Source: Octopus vulgaris
Taxonomy: Eukaryota
Assembly (NCBI GenBank): GCA_951406725.2
Contig: OX597823.1
Span: 9,424,001 to 9,488,000, forward strand
Direction: 5' to 3'
DNA: 64,000 nt
A program made the position numbers and the translations under genes. The notes beneath the pieces are model-generated. The model was not told where the DNA came from. It saw only the letters and a program-made list of their open reading frames with translations, and did not search any database. Within the stretch, counting starts at the first letter, position 1. Each line of letters starts with the position of its first letter. Positions 26,043-41,055 of the stretch are shown here, in pieces.

Positions 26043-27404
26043 TATTTACTGTCTATAAATGCAATTCTTTTTATTTTTATAAGGTAGCAAAATTATCAAC
26101 TTGGTACAATCAATGATTCGGTAATGCTATCATTCGGTAATGATATCATTTTCGTTTGTGTTGTAATCTTCATTCATTTAAAAACTGGTTGAAATTAGTG
26201 AGAGTGTCTTCGTGATACTGATTATTTTTAATGTTTAGTCTGGAACAAATGGTTATGGCTTTAGCTGGCTATGTGAAACAAGAGATATCAAAGCAGTGAA
26301 TATTCCCTTAAAAAGTTCCGAGTCGGTAACTTCAGAGAACATATATGTTGAGAGGAAATATTGCTGGGCCAACATCTATTTTACAAGATTTGACGCGGTA
26401 CAAGTTAGGTTAGGCCGGAGAACAAGTTACTACTCTAGGAGTATAATAAAAGTTTGAAAAAGCAATAGCAAGTGTGTGGGTCTCATACGAGCTCTGCAGA
26501 AAATTTGTAATTGTGGATGATGAATTTTTTTCTAGTTAGAAGAAGAAGCCATTCATTATGATGTTGAGAATATACATCAGACAGAAGAAATCACTCATAA
26601 AGAGGTAGAGTTATACGACCGAACTCGAAATTTCCATTTGCATGCTATTTATATCTTATAGCATCCAAGTATCCAAGTATCGATAATGCTGTAGCCGGCT
26701 TACAATAATGCACAACCTCTATCAGATTCCACAAATACGACGCTAGTCTCTTAAAAGACAAAAAAAAAGAAAGAAGAGTAAAATGCCATTTTCTTAAAAA
26801 GAGATAGGACATGTGTGACATGTCGCCTGAGATAAACTGACAGCAACATAAAAGTATGATCACGATTAGAACGCTTTTGGTCATAATTTAACGAAACAAA
26901 GATCAACCTAAGTGTTACGCAACAACAATAACTCTAACGATCGGAGAATTCATTCCTATATACATAAAAGAAATATGAACACCTGTAAGAAATACTAGAC
27001 AAATTTAAATCACATTTCCTCATCTGAAAGTGAAATAATGGCCCATTGCGTGGAGTACTCGTAAATATACAATGATAATCAAATGACTCTTGCGTAAAGG
27101 TTGTTCTGGGCTAAGCGGCATAACAAGAAGCGAGTATTTCTTATTTCAAAATGTGCAAATATATCCGATTTACGTGGGAGCTTAAAAAGCATAAAACACA
27201 AAGCTTGTGGATGTTGGATTACATTAAGCGGACATTGAATAATGAGACATTTGTCAGCGGATCATTGTAACTTATTATTTTATGTGACGCAGCTCCTATT
27301 GTCAAGAAATTAAAGTATGACGTCATTACAAATAAATTTAATACAAGGATCGGTGGACGCTGTGGTGTGCAGAAATAAGTTATATTCTCTCGCACTCTAA
27401 GATA

Positions 27405-27813
27405 TCTTTATATATAAAAGTAAAGTTTATATATAAAAGTAAAGTAAAGTAAATCTCCTACGATTTAGATTCCTAACTACTCCCACATTTTGCGGTGCAG
27501 TTTAACCAAAACCGGGTATCTTATAGTCGTGATTCATATCGAGCCCTTCTGGGTATTAGCGCGCGTCTACGATGAGTCTACGATTAAAAAAAATTACCAT
27601 CAATTTTTCCCATTTTTAATGCATTTTTGGCATATATAAGGGAAGTAACTCTCTAAAAATTCATTATTAAATCTCAGAACGCAAAAAGCTACAGTAACAC
27701 CCCTCCCCTTTGTGGTTAGCCATATTGAGATTGCTATTATACTTTACATCTCTAAAAATGCTTATATAGTTATTTCCCTTACAAATCCGAGCAACGCCGG
27801 GCGATACTGCTAG
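27405..27813 (+). mobile_element. Non-autonomous Helitron flanked by a 79-bp direct repeat
   Basis: A|TC...CCGAGCAACGCCGGG...CTAG|T; flanks 27326-27404 and 27814-27892 differ at 2 positions. Confidence 0.92.
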
Positions 27814-28469
27814 TTACAAGTAAATTTAATACAAGGATTGGTGGACGCTGTGGTGTGCAGAAATAAGTTATATTCTCTCGCACTCTAAGATATAATATAT
27901 ATTTATATATATATATATATATATATTCAACAATTTTCCTTTGATTTCTGAATTACTACTATTTAGCGGTTTGAGTTTAGCTGCTCGTTTTAGTGAGTTG
28001 AACGGCCTATTAAGGCCATTCCTTAATATTATTGTTGAATGTATATTATATAGTCTTTTGACTATTTTTTCTTTCTCACTAGACCGCTGGTGGCGAAAAA
28101 AAATTCTATTTAATTTTTTGCTACCCTTATATTGATTAATTATATATACATAAGATACAAATATAGGGTAGCGAATATTCGTTATAAATATCACCACCAG
28201 TGGCCTAGCATGTATAAATAGTCAATAGACAACATATTCATACTTTAAAATAGTGTACATTTAAACACAAAAGAAAATTACCGTTAACAGGTAATTTTTA
28301 CATGCTAGAAGAAGCAGCTAACACGACCAAAACCACGATTTAATAGCAATTTTCGAAGGAATTGAAAAATAAAAACTTTTACCTTGTTACTTTTATTTGC
28401 GGTTTCAAATTTCTTTAGCAAACAATATTATCTTCCACCTTTTAACAGGTAATTTAACATATATATATA

Positions 28470-28876
28470 TTCCCTGTCCTGTCTTTTACTGTTATATATA
28501 TTTTTTTACTGTTTATATACATTTTTACTGTTTTTTTACTGTTTATATTTTTGTACTGTCGTTACTGTCCTGTTTTTTTACCATTTTTTTTACCGTTTTT
28601 TTACCATTTTTTACCCCTCTGCGAAAAGATCTCAGAATTTTAATTGATTTGCTTTTCGCAGGAAGGAAAGTTTCTTGTCGAAGATACGTCTCGCTTTTAT
28701 CCTTCGAAACGTAGAGTAGATGAAACCTTAGCGACTGAAGAAGGAGTTTTTTCGTTGTGTTAATTGTCCTGTACTCCATTTTTTGTTGTTTTTAAAAAAA
28801 TGTCCAGTTCCTTCGGTTTGTGTCTATGTTTTCGTTTCTCTTTGTGTTCGACGTCCCTTTGGTGTCCTGTACTCAT
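28470..28876 (+). mobile_element. PLE-like remnant, second family, in TA-rich context
   Basis: T-rich body, CCTTCGAAACGTAGAG...CTGAAGAAGGAG motif, 3' part homologous to the reverse complement of 23613-23785. Confidence 0.5.
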
Positions 28877-28953
28877 ATATGCGTGTATATGTACATGTAG
28901 AGGTAGGTACGTACATATATTTTTATATATATGCATATGTTTTATTTCATTTA

Positions 28954-29001
<48 letters not shown>

Positions 29002-29893
29002 GACGACTGAATACTTTTCATGTTAAGTAACAATGAAGCTCTGATTCTGTTGATCTATGGCCAAACGCTTATAGGCTATGGTGAACCTGTAGTTTGACGG
29101 ATCTCTTGCACCACGTTATCGTATATGAACTGGTCTATAATGGTAGGATGCGATTTAATGTACATTTCACTGCCATTTCTAGGACCGAACGACCGCGTAG
29201 ATAAATTGATTGTGGACTCGACAATGAAAACTATATTTTTATCCAACGTGTCTCTTTTTTCAGTCGCGGAATCACGGTGCAATTTGAAAGATATATATGT
29301 AGTAAGTAAAATCACAGCGTAAAGGCTACGACTGTGTGCAAATTGTGAGGCAAATCTGTTAGTAATTTTACATTTTATAGAGATGGCTGTTTGTGTCTAT
29401 GTTGTCTTAATGATTAATATATACTAAATCAAATCACTGCTGGAACTCGAAAGCGTGGATGACTTGACTGCGGGAATGTACAGAACTTTCCGTAATTATT
29501 TAACATAACTATTTAGTCACCAGTAAACACAAATAAACCTTCGGCACTCCCATTCCTTGACCTAGTCTACTGGATCGCAAATGGGCTGCACTTGCACTGG
29601 ATTGGAACTCATTTGTCAATTAGGCGAAAAAAGAAATGGAGCGTTTGCCCAAGAACACAACGCCCCACACAATCCAGGAATCGAACTTATAGCCCTACTA
29701 TAATTTGTGGAATATCCTAATAATAAGATCATGAAATTTAAAATCAGTTATAAAAAAAAATGATGTCTGGTTTAAAGTTCTTACTCTATAATGCAAAATT
29801 TACAATTCACTGGAATGTTCCATTTTATACGTAGCTATCAATATTTCGTAAAGTGGAAAGAGAAGTTCCCTAGTAAAGTACTTTTATATTGTA

Positions 29894-30268
29894 CTAGCAG
29901 TATCGCCCGGCGTTGCTCGGGTTTGTAAGGGAAATAACTATATAAGCATATTTAGAGATGTAAAGTATAATAGCAATCTCAATATGGCTAACCACAAAGG
30001 GGGGGGTGTTACTGTAGCTTTTTACGTTCTGAGATTTAATAAATTTTTAGAGAGTTACTTCCCTTATATATGCCAAAAATGCATTAAAAATGGGAAAAAT
30101 TGATGGTAACTTTTTTTTTAATCGTAGACTCATCGTAGACGCGTGCTAATACCCAGAAGGGCTCGATATGAATCACGACTATAAGATACCCGGTTTTGGT
30201 TAAACTGCAACGCAAAATGTGGGAGTAGTTAGGAATCTAAATCTAAACCTCACTTTTATATATAAAGA
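29894..30268 (-). mobile_element. Non-autonomous Helitron
   Basis: A|CTAG...CCCGGCGTTGCTCGGG hairpin...TATATAAAGA|T; reverse complement of the 22496 copy. Confidence 0.92.
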
Positions 30269-31497
30269 TATTTAAATCAAGGTGTGTGTTTGGTAGGGAA
30301 GTGTGTTAAGCTTAGATTCGAGGCAATTGGAAATCATAATCTGTAAAATTATGAAAATTCTTATATATTTCATTGAAAGTTCTATTAAAAATATTATATA
30401 TGTAACGCTGAAAATAATGCATCTCTTATGTCATAATACAACTGGTCTTCCTCAATAAATCTCACAATTCTCCACATACTTTATAGATTATAGAAATTTT
30501 ATGGAATATAATATATCTGGCCATTCCCCATACGTCTGATACTATATGGTTCATTATATATTAGATACAACGTTATATATGTAACATAGATCATAAACAA
30601 AATCGATGATACATGATGAGAATTCTAACACTGTCTTTCACGATAACAGAAGCATATTTCTATCTTTCTTTTTTTACTCCAAAGTGTGCAATTGGTGTGT
30701 CAATTTAATTTAAAGCTCTCGTAGCTGACTACCGTCTATCGATCTGATATCTTCATATAAAGTCACTTAATTACACCTCAAAGGTTTTCATGATAGCAAA
30801 CAAGATATACAAGGGAATAAGAACTTTTTCGATATTATATACAATATATTGAGATTTATGAAATTCGCTAAGCTATGAAATTCCAACGTCACTTTCGCGA
30901 TTATACCGCTTAAACAGTCAACATGAAGGTAATATTTAATATATACTATAATATGATATAATGTAATATATTTATATACAAACATACACACATACATACA
31001 TACACACACATATATACGTATATATATGCATTGAAATATATTATATACGTAACTGAAGTTACATTAAATATGGAGATCATGTGGCAACGTATAATGCATT
31101 GAATTAACATTCACTTATCTATCTATCTATCTGTCTGTCTGTCTCATGATATATATATATATATATATATATATGGGGGTGGGGTGAGTTTGTGTCTGTA
31201 TAAGCATCTTAAAAGTAAATCGATATCATCATTTGCGCAAGATTTATTTCTCCTTTCGTTGGAAATTTGCTGGTAAAGCAAGATGTATACCTTTTACAGT
31301 TCTGGCATAGTAGTGGCATTGATGGAGATCCCACGCAGAGGTACTCCGATTCATTTGGTGCTGTTCTGCAACACCAGCTGTCTTACAACTGATATCATTT
31401 TCAACAATCAACTTGACAGTCCGAAGACACCTACCAGAGAACACAGCTCGAGATGAGAGGGTTGCTGTTTTCCTACGGCGGTTGTCGGTTTATTCTC

Positions 31498-31626
31498 CCT
31501 TAAGCTTTCTCTTAAGTTATATTATTTATTTAGGTTTATTCTACCTTAAGCTTTCTCTTAAGTTATATTATTTATTTAGGTTTATTCTACCTTAAGCTTT
31601 CTCTTAAGTTATATTATTTATTTAGG
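31498..31626. repeat. Tandem repeat, 46-bp unit, ~2.8 copies
   Basis: CCTTAAGCTTTCTCTTAAGTTATATTATTTATTTAGG(TTTATTCTA) repeated. Confidence 0.9.
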
Positions 31627-32668
31627 CTTTCCTCTGAGTAAGGGAAAACATAATGATTCAACGTCACTTATACTCAAGTGTTATCATCATATCTAAAACC
31701 CTAACTGCAGTTATAACATCATATAGACATATACGCATGGAACGCTACATCAACGACCATTTATGTTGAATATTTTAATCGTGTCCTTTAAACCGCTATA
31801 AGAAAAATAAATCAAAGATTAAAGAAATACATATTTATCTATGCTCAGTTGAAAAACAAACGTGAAGAGAAACATTCTTTTTAATCATTTTTATGATTGA
31901 TACTTTCGTCGTGAAGAAAAACGACTTTAAATTCCTTAGCTAATTTCTTCTTTCTATCTAATACGTTAACCAACAAATCAAAATAGATTTGTGACTAACG
32001 TAGACATGGCATAAAAATTTACCGATGTCTCCAAAAGAGTGATTGACGTGGAGTTGAGTGACTACCAAACGAACACTGATTTATTTTCCAAAATCCAGGG
32101 TTTTTATAACTGCTCAACTTGACTAAAAAGAATCGAAATTCATGACGGATATTCTTTACGAAACTTCTAGAATCTTTATATGAACAGTTATATTAACCAA
32201 TGAAAAAACGAAAATGATAATTCTTCGGCAAAGACATTACGTCATATTGCCAAATCGCGCCACAATTCAAAATGGCTAAAATGGTTATTGCTACACTGTT
32301 GTTACCTTATCGCTGCTATTGCATTATACAATTATTCTTTTGACTGTGTCGAGAGGAATCCTAATTTTTTTGCAATCTTGCAATGGTTAATTTTGGTCTC
32401 AGATTGACTCATAATACGCACTCTTTGAAAGTTAGACAACACTTTTGTTTCTATATATTTGCCATGGTTAGCTGCTATAAACCAGAATTTGAAAAATATA
32501 TATTAACATATTTGAAGCAGCAGTTAGTGTCTGCACTGATAAAACGATATATTGAGGGGTGTTTGTTTAATTTTGAGATGTCTGTGTATATGTATTCACA
32601 TGTACATGCATACACAACCAACCAAGCACACGCTCAAACCGATACAAACACACAAGCACACACACACA

Positions 32669-32762
<94 letters not shown>

Positions 32763-33190
32763 GAACGTTATATAGAATTCCTTTTCCGAACACTTGAATC
32801 ATTTAAATTCTAAAATTTTTTTATAACAGTCAATGCGTCTGAACATTTGTGATGAATAATATTAGTGCTGCTCTCTAAGTATTGAATAATTTGTTTACTA
32901 TTAAACGGATATTTAACTCACCCTCCCTATATATGAATACATGTATGCATATATGTATGTATGCATATATGTATGTATGCATATATGTATGTATGCATGT
33001 ATGTAGTATGTATTTATTTATATGTATATATATGTGAATGTACCTATGTGTGTGAGGATATATATATATATATATAGACATTTTCTATTCATGAGCGTTA
33101 TACTAATACCTCTGTTTGTTTTGTACACCACCTGTCTTCGCCTTTTGTTGTTTTTTCATAAACTCTCCCTCTCTCTCTCTATATATATAT

Positions 33191-33497
33191 ATGGTTCCGG
33201 GTTCAGTCCCACTGCGTGACATCTTGGGCAAGTGTCTTCTGCTATAGCCCCCGGCCGACCAATGCCTTGTGAGTGGATTTGGTAGACGGAAACTGAAAGA
33301 AGCCTGTCGTATATATGTATACATATATATATATGTATGTTTGTTTGTGTGTCTGTGTTTGTAACCCTAGCATTGCTTGACCACCGATGCTGGTGTGTTT
33401 ATGTCCCCGTTAATAAGTCCCGGGGTCGAGTTGCTCGATCAAAGGTAGTGCTCCAGCATGGCCGCAGTCAAATGACTGAAACGAGTAAAAGAGTAAA

Positions 33498-33499
<2 letters not shown>
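33191..33499 (+). mobile_element. SINE family A, 5'-truncated with internal deletion
   Basis: Starts at the B box; tail intact. Confidence 0.88.
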
Positions 33500-33553
<54 letters not shown>

Positions 33554-33561
33554 ATTTATAT

Positions 33562-33648
<87 letters not shown>

Positions 33649-33769
33649 TATATATGATGGTATGTACACTCAATAAACACAATAGAAAACTTTTAGATTT
33701 TGTTATATTCGCCATTTTCTTCTATATTTCATCCCTGACTAGCGATACTCTTGTGAGTGTATTACAATA

Positions 33770-34050
33770 ATCCTACCGGATTATTGTCATTACCAGCATC
33801 TCTAATGGATACTACCTGATGCGCTTTACGGTGCAGTTCAGCTGATTGGTAATCAGTCATCTTCCCTTCCAGCCTTCATCGATGGAGCCTAATGGATTTC
33901 AGATTTCCCATTTGCATTGCAGCATAAATGTCATCATGATCGATTGTGAACTGGAAAGAATAGTTTATGAGAAAACACAGCAAATTTATAACTTTTACGT
34001 AAACTTGATAAACACATCTAATGGCCGTGCCTTCATCTTGGGTTATCAAG
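33770..34050 (+). pseudogene. Very old RTE-like reverse-transcriptase fragment
   Basis: GFQ...SINVIMIDCELERIVYEKTQQIYNFYVNLINTSN aligns in register with the non-LTR RT motif GFR..TxDMIFxxRQLQEKxxEQxxxLYxxFVDLxKAFD; upstream YRIIVITS resembles YRGISLLS. Confidence 0.4.
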
Positions 34051-34693
34051 TTTTGAGTTTCACTATATTGACATAAGATTGATATTCTCGTTCATTTTCT
34101 GAAATATGTCAATTATATGGAGATGATTGTGGAGTTCAATGACCAAGGTATACTATTTTATTAGCTTCAGGTATTAACCTAGTCGTATAATTGTCAATAA
34201 AATTTGTAAAGTAGATAAGTCGGTGTGCCATAAGAGGAAATAAAATCCTGACCTTTCGCACAGGACCCATATAAGAAAAAAATAAAATACTCAGTATTTT
34301 AATGGTTGTATATTGGTTCCGATCATTGTAAAGATGAATCTGGTCGTTTGTGTTGAAAGGAATATTTTGCGTTATTTAGCGCAAATTTTCCGGCTTCACA
34401 TTTGCCTTTCATACTTTCATTCTAACATAGTTTCTCTTATTATTTGGCACCAGTTTACAAGTGATCATGTGAGAGTACAAGCAAAGATATTCCTGGCATG
34501 GTTATCCTGTCACTTTTTAATGCTAGGATCTTCACTGTCCATGTTTTTCTTTCTGATATATTATGCAAGTCAGGTACGGGTAAAATATCCACTGTTTCTA
34601 GTAACGGATACAAGCATGTAAATTCTTCCTTTCTCGTTGTTAAATCAAGGTCAATGGCAGAATGATAAATGATTATAATATATATATCATAAA

Positions 34694-35080
34694 CTAGCAG
34701 TATTGTCCGGCGTTACTCGGGTTTGTTTCGACCCTTTAGAATTGGAATTTTTGAAAAGTAAAACGTTTGCCTTATGTAGCTTGTTATTCTCTTTAAGTGA
34801 ACGTTTTACTGGTTGAAATACACCGAAAAATGGCGAAACAGCAGTAAAAAAATCGTAAAAAGATAGGGATTTTCATAGAAAAAAGCACCTTTTTGATGTA
34901 AATAATTTTTGGTCTTATGGTTCCATTTGAATTTTATTTTCTACAGAAGGAAGAGCCAGCCTTCTTCTATCATACTCTCAATTTTGGTCAACCTGCGCCG
35001 CAGGGTCCCGGAGGAGATAGTGTTAGTTGAAGGCTACCAAACCTGCCACACACAGAAAACTTCAGCTTTAAATAGAGAGA
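34694..35080 (-). mobile_element. Non-autonomous Helitron, different body with the same 3' terminus
   Basis: A|CTAGCAGTATTGTCCGGCGTTACTCGGGTTTGT terminus; ...AATAGAGAGA|T other end. Confidence 0.75.
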
Positions 35081-37251
35081 TTATTATAATACATATATTA
35101 TAAATCATAAATAGATGACTAATAAACTTTTTACAGTTGTGCACTCATTATGTTAGCTAGTCACATCTGTTGCATATATCCCAGCAGGGCTAAACCGTAA
35201 AATACAGGTTCGGATAACTAACAATATTTGCTTTGCACACTCTTGATTTCGTTTCCCCCGGTAATCAGACATCACCTCATGTAGGATAATGAATGTTGCA
35301 TGAATGAGATGCTCAAAATTTATATGTGAGGCGCAAAACCATAACGCAGGTACAGTACTTAGACGGCACTCTATTATATAGGTCCCTGTGGGGCGGGAGG
35401 CGTAGTTAACCGCTACGGGATTTGAGTTCATAATGCAAAGACCAGAAATAACACCGTGCGAACTTTTCTCTGGCGCACAAACGAGTTTTCCAAATCCATT
35501 AATATCTTTATTTATTAAAAAAATGTATCGAATTTGCGTTCAATGCCTGCAAGATTTTAGAGGAGGGGTTAGTCGCTTACATTGACCACAGTAATTGATA
35601 GCTACTTATTTTTATCTAAATCTGGAGGAATAAAAGGCATTGTTGGCATTAGCAAGATTTGGGCTCAGAACGTAAAGCAGCGAAGCGCTGATTCACTTGG
35701 GTGAATAATCCAATAGAGAAAGGAATTTACGTTAAAATTCGAATTTGTAAACCCCACCCCTTGAAATAAAAAAAAAACAACAAAACAAATAACAATTAAT
35801 AAAGAAATAATAATAAAACTCTAAATTATGCAGTTGAAACCAGAAATTAACTTAAACATGAAAATTTTTATCAAAATTTAAATTTCATATTACCGGAAAT
35901 ATGCTATTGATGTTGAATTAGTAATCAATACAGTTTCAAACTCCATTTCAACCAATGATATTGATGTGATTTGAGAATGAGAGTTACTATGATATGGACT
36001 TTACCATAGAATATTATTGTTGTAATGTCATTTGGAAAGAGATCAACTCATCTGATATATATGTTTTAAATTTCTGAGTATTTGGGTGGTTGAGGAGCAA
36101 TGTCTATTTTATTGTAGATGTTTATGGTATTTATTGTAGTTGTCAGTAGTATCTCTGTTGCTACTGAAACCGAGGACGTTGTTACACGCAAAACCTTAAC
36201 CACAATCTTCCTAGTCGTGATCATCAAGTCTTTATTTGTGAGACTGTATCTAGGAAGAGATTATCCAATGTGAACCTGGCAGATGATTTTGTCGCTCTTA
36301 TTTTTGATTAAACATTAACAAAAAACATCTATTCTTACTATGATCATTCTTGATCTTAGATGACATTGTGTAATGCATTTGGCTTTCAAATATGTTAGGG
36401 TGTAATTTGAGGAAAAATTGGCTGCTGTTTCTAGTGGCCAATCTCTGATTGGTTGTGGCACCACTTTGGTTGAAGACTTTAAAGCTATTGGAGCATTCGA
36501 GGAGCTTATTAATGTTCTTGTTGAAGCTGTTATTGTTGCGTTCGTGTTGTTAATTCCTCATTGAAAAATGATTAAGTTTTTGTTCTTGATTAAGTTGTTG
36601 GCAGCGATGAAAATGAAGATGATTAAGATGGAGATATGTTTAATGATATTGATGATACCGTTGCAGGTTTTCATATTATTGCTGTTCTTGTCGGTATTGC
36701 TTTTATGTTGGAGATCATGTATGTTAAATGAGTAAGGCGTGGAGGATGTTCGTGGAATTGCAGTTGGCTTTCACGGGAGTTGCAGTTGCAGTGGGTAGGC
36801 AGGGAACAGTGTGTGATGACGACGATGAAAGAGAAAGTGTATGTGAGTGAGAGAGAGAGAGAGAGAAAGGGAAAAGAGATAGAAAAGAGAGAGAGAAAGA
36901 GAATAGAGATAGAAAAGAGAAAAAGGGACAGGGATGGAGAAAAACGAACATTTTACATTCTTCATGTCATAGCAGGTGATAAATATGAATCATGTGATTA
37001 ATAAATCTGTCAAACAGAATATCTAATCAAACACTTCATGTAATTATTGTAAAAATCGAAGCTGCAAAGAGCTGCGCAGACGCTATGCAAAGGTAGAACC
37101 ACAATTAAATGAATACACGTATATATTAACACATGGATAGTTACATACCTATATACACATTCAAATGAGTTCGATTTCATATATACATATATAATTAGCA
37201 TACATATAAATATGCAAATATATGAATGCATATAATTACACATATCTATTG

Positions 37252-37294
<43 letters not shown>

Positions 37295-38295
37295 CACACG
37301 CATAAGCACACATGCATATATATTTAAGTATATGTTTTTGCATATGTATATTTATGTCTATAGACACACACACATACGCGCGCATATGCACATATATATA
37401 TATATGTATACCTATATGTTTATGTATATAATATAAATATATTTACATATATATATATATATATAATACAATTATGATTTTATATGCGTGTATGTGCATA
37501 TATGTACACACGCACACACACACACACAAACACATATATATATATGTATGCGTGTGTGTGTATGTATAAATTCTTACACACACAAACAAACGCATGCATA
37601 TAGCTACATATACATACGCATGCCTATACAGAAAGATATTTACTGATAGAGCCACAAACATGCATATTGATATGTGTGTGTGTTTATGCTTATTTGTGTA
37701 CAAATAATATATCTTTATAGATGCATTTATATATATACATACATACATGTATACAAATACATATCTAAATACATACATATATGTACACATATAAGTGCTT
37801 GCACACACACAAACACACACAAGCACATGCACACACAAACTCAGATATATACATACATATATATATAGGTTTTTTTAATTGCTGTCTTCTACAATTACTC
37901 ATATATTTTAATCGCCTCATCATCCAAGCACGTTTCTTATCTTTACTGGTGTTGTTTTATAGTTTGATGCGGTAAATAATCTGTCAGTTCCGATTGATAT
38001 TTTACAAGGCACCCTCTGTAGCTTTATTTAAATGATTTTATTCCTTCAAATTATGACAGTTAAGAGCTAGCACCAAGAAATTAAAACATAGTCATCGTGT
38101 GTCAGGAAGCCATTCTTTATGCAGTTGTTCGACTTCCTCATTGCAGGAAGGAAAATGCCAGAAATCCACGATGGCGTTGTGTAAATTGAAGAAAGCGCGA
38201 ATAAATGGGTCTTGAAATATGTTCTGCATGGACGACGGGAAATAAAAAGGACTGATTGATTTAATCATAATTGGAAGACTAGATCAAGACAAATA

Positions 38296-39034
38296 CGACC
38301 AGCCAGTACGACCACACACTATCACCAGCGTCACCACCACCACCACCACCACCACCATCACCTCCACAAGTACGACCACAACGACTACCACCGCAGTTGC
38401 CGCCGCTGCCGACACCACCAAACCCACCACTGCACCCCCCCACCATCACCACCACCACCAAAACTACCACCATCACCTCCACAAGTACGACCACAACGAC
38501 TACCATCGCAGTTGCCGCCGCTGCCGACACCACCAAACCCACCACTGCACCCCCACCATCACCACCGCCACCACCACCACCAAAACCACCACCATCACCT
38601 CCACAAGTACTACCACAACGACTACCACCGCAGTCACGACCGCCGCTGCCACCGCTGCCGACACCACCAAACCCACCACTATCACTACTACCACCACCAC
38701 CACCACCAAACCCACCACTACCATGACCACCACCACGACCACCACAACGACCACCACCAAACCCACCACCACGACCACCACCACTACCACGACCACCACC
38801 TCGACCACCATCAAACCCACCACGACCACCACCGCTACCACCACCACTACCACCACCACCACCACCAACACCACCACCACCAAAACCACCACCATCACCT
38901 CCACAACTACGACCACAACGACTACCACCGTCACTACCACCCTAGTCACCGCTGCCCCCGCCGCCGCCGCCGCTGCCGACACCACCAAACCCACCAATAC
39001 CACCAATACCACCACCACCACCACCACCACTACC
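38296..39034. repeat. CCA/ACC-rich minisatellite with ~120-bp higher-order units
   Basis: ACCATCACCTCCACAA.TAC.ACCACAACGACTACCA...GCCGACACCACCAAACCCACC recurs 4 times. Confidence 0.85.
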
Positions 39035-39816
39035 ATATATATAGACATACATATATAACTATTGACATATGTGTATTTACAAATGTTTAAATAGGCATGA
39101 AACTAGCAGACTATATACATATAGATACATATAGATATTCTCTGCCAAAGACAAGGAATGTGTTGCTCTTCATTGCAGGAAAAATATCCATTCAATTGAC
39201 AAATAGCTGGATTATATACATCCCGACAGAACTTACTGCTTTTTCATTTGTATTTTTTAAAAGTAGTGACTGCATTATGAGAAATATTATCTGGAAGAAG
39301 TAAAATGGCGTCTAGATTAGCTCTACAATGAAGCTTTGGATGTTTTAGTTAAGTTTACAATACGTTCGGAAATGGCGCACCTATATTCCGGTTGGTATTC
39401 ATATATGGCTATTAGATTGGGCGTGATTTGAATCATTATTTCCATTTATGGGAATGTCTGCAGACATTAAGCACTCAACTCCAATTTTAATGTGTAGATT
39501 GTTATTAAAATATATACATATTTAGACTATTAGATTCTGCGCACAACCGTTTTTAATGCATGGCATAAAAAAACAAGCCAAGGAATCAAACTTGATTCTT
39601 CTCTTTCTTTCTTTATTCTATAAGAATCCTCCTCTCTCTCTCTTTCTGTCTCTCTTTCTGTCTCTGTCTCTTTCTCTCTTTCTCTCTCTCTTTCTGTCTC
39701 TCTTTCTGTCTCTGTCTCTTTCTCTCTTTCTCTCTCTCACGTGCTCTCTCTCTCTCTCTCTATCTATCTATCTACCTATTTAACTCATCTACCCATCTGC
39801 ATGTTTGTCTCATATT

Positions 39817-40107
<291 letters not shown>

Positions 40108-40212
40108 TTCTCATATTTGTACATGCTAATATATATCTTCGGCCTATATATGTGTGTGTATATACGTAGGCATCATGTACGTATGTATGTAAGTATGTAT
40201 GTATTTATGTAT

Positions 40213-40392
40213 GTTGAGAATTTACAAAAAAAAAAAACAAAACAAAAGATGAAGATAGGTGGTGTAGACAAGAAATAAATGTATTAGTATAACGCTCGGG
40301 AAGAGAAAAAGTCTTTAACGTTTCGAGCCAACGCTCTTCAACAGAAAGGAACACAGAAAGAAACAAGGAGAAAAAATAATGTGTAGTGGCTC
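40213..40392 (-). mobile_element. Short PLE-like remnant with minimal hammerhead motif (40313-40348)
   Basis: Minus strand CTTT-CTGTTGA-A-GAGC(GTTG)GCTC-GAAA-CG-TT-AAAG; homologous to 18183-18367. Confidence 0.7.
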
Positions 40393-40960
40393 ATATAAAT
40401 ATTAATTTATATATGTGTTTGTGTATGTGTGTATGTGTGTGCGTGTGTGTGTGTGCGTTGTGCTTGTGTGTATACAGCATTTTAACTCCAGCACACGAAA
40501 GACTTATGATCCAGCAACAATATGGAAGTAGGGAAGCCTGAATGTCAATAACGAAACAATACGACGAAGCAAAATAAACTGCAACATGGACGACGACAAC
40601 AACAACAACAACAACAATAACGGCAGCAGTAAACTAACTTCTCAAACGCCAAATCTTCACTACTATCGGCTTCTGGTAGATTAATCTAATCGGCTAACAT
40701 ATAACTTGATAACTTTCGAGTTACGTAGCTCGCAGCAAATTACCTAATGCACAAATAAGGAACTTCAGCGAATGGGCTCACATTAATAAATAGACATTCC
40801 GAACATGCGCGCACACAAACTCGCATAAGCATCTAACCAATGAAAATAGGCATGTGATTGTAAGTTTAGATGAATCGCAAACAATGTTAGAAAAGATACA
40901 ATTAATTATAGTTATGTCTACGATGGCGGTAATCTTACAATGTCAAAATACGAATGCTTT

Positions 40961-41021
<61 letters not shown>

Positions 41022-41055
41022 GCATTCGTATTTGACATATATATATATATATATA

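Noticed and set aside
38279-39090. Thr/Pro/His-rich ORFs resembling a mucin or extensin exon
   Set aside because: The same repeat unit is read in different frames from copy to copy, there are no credible splice boundaries, and it runs into (TA)n; best explained as a minisatellite.
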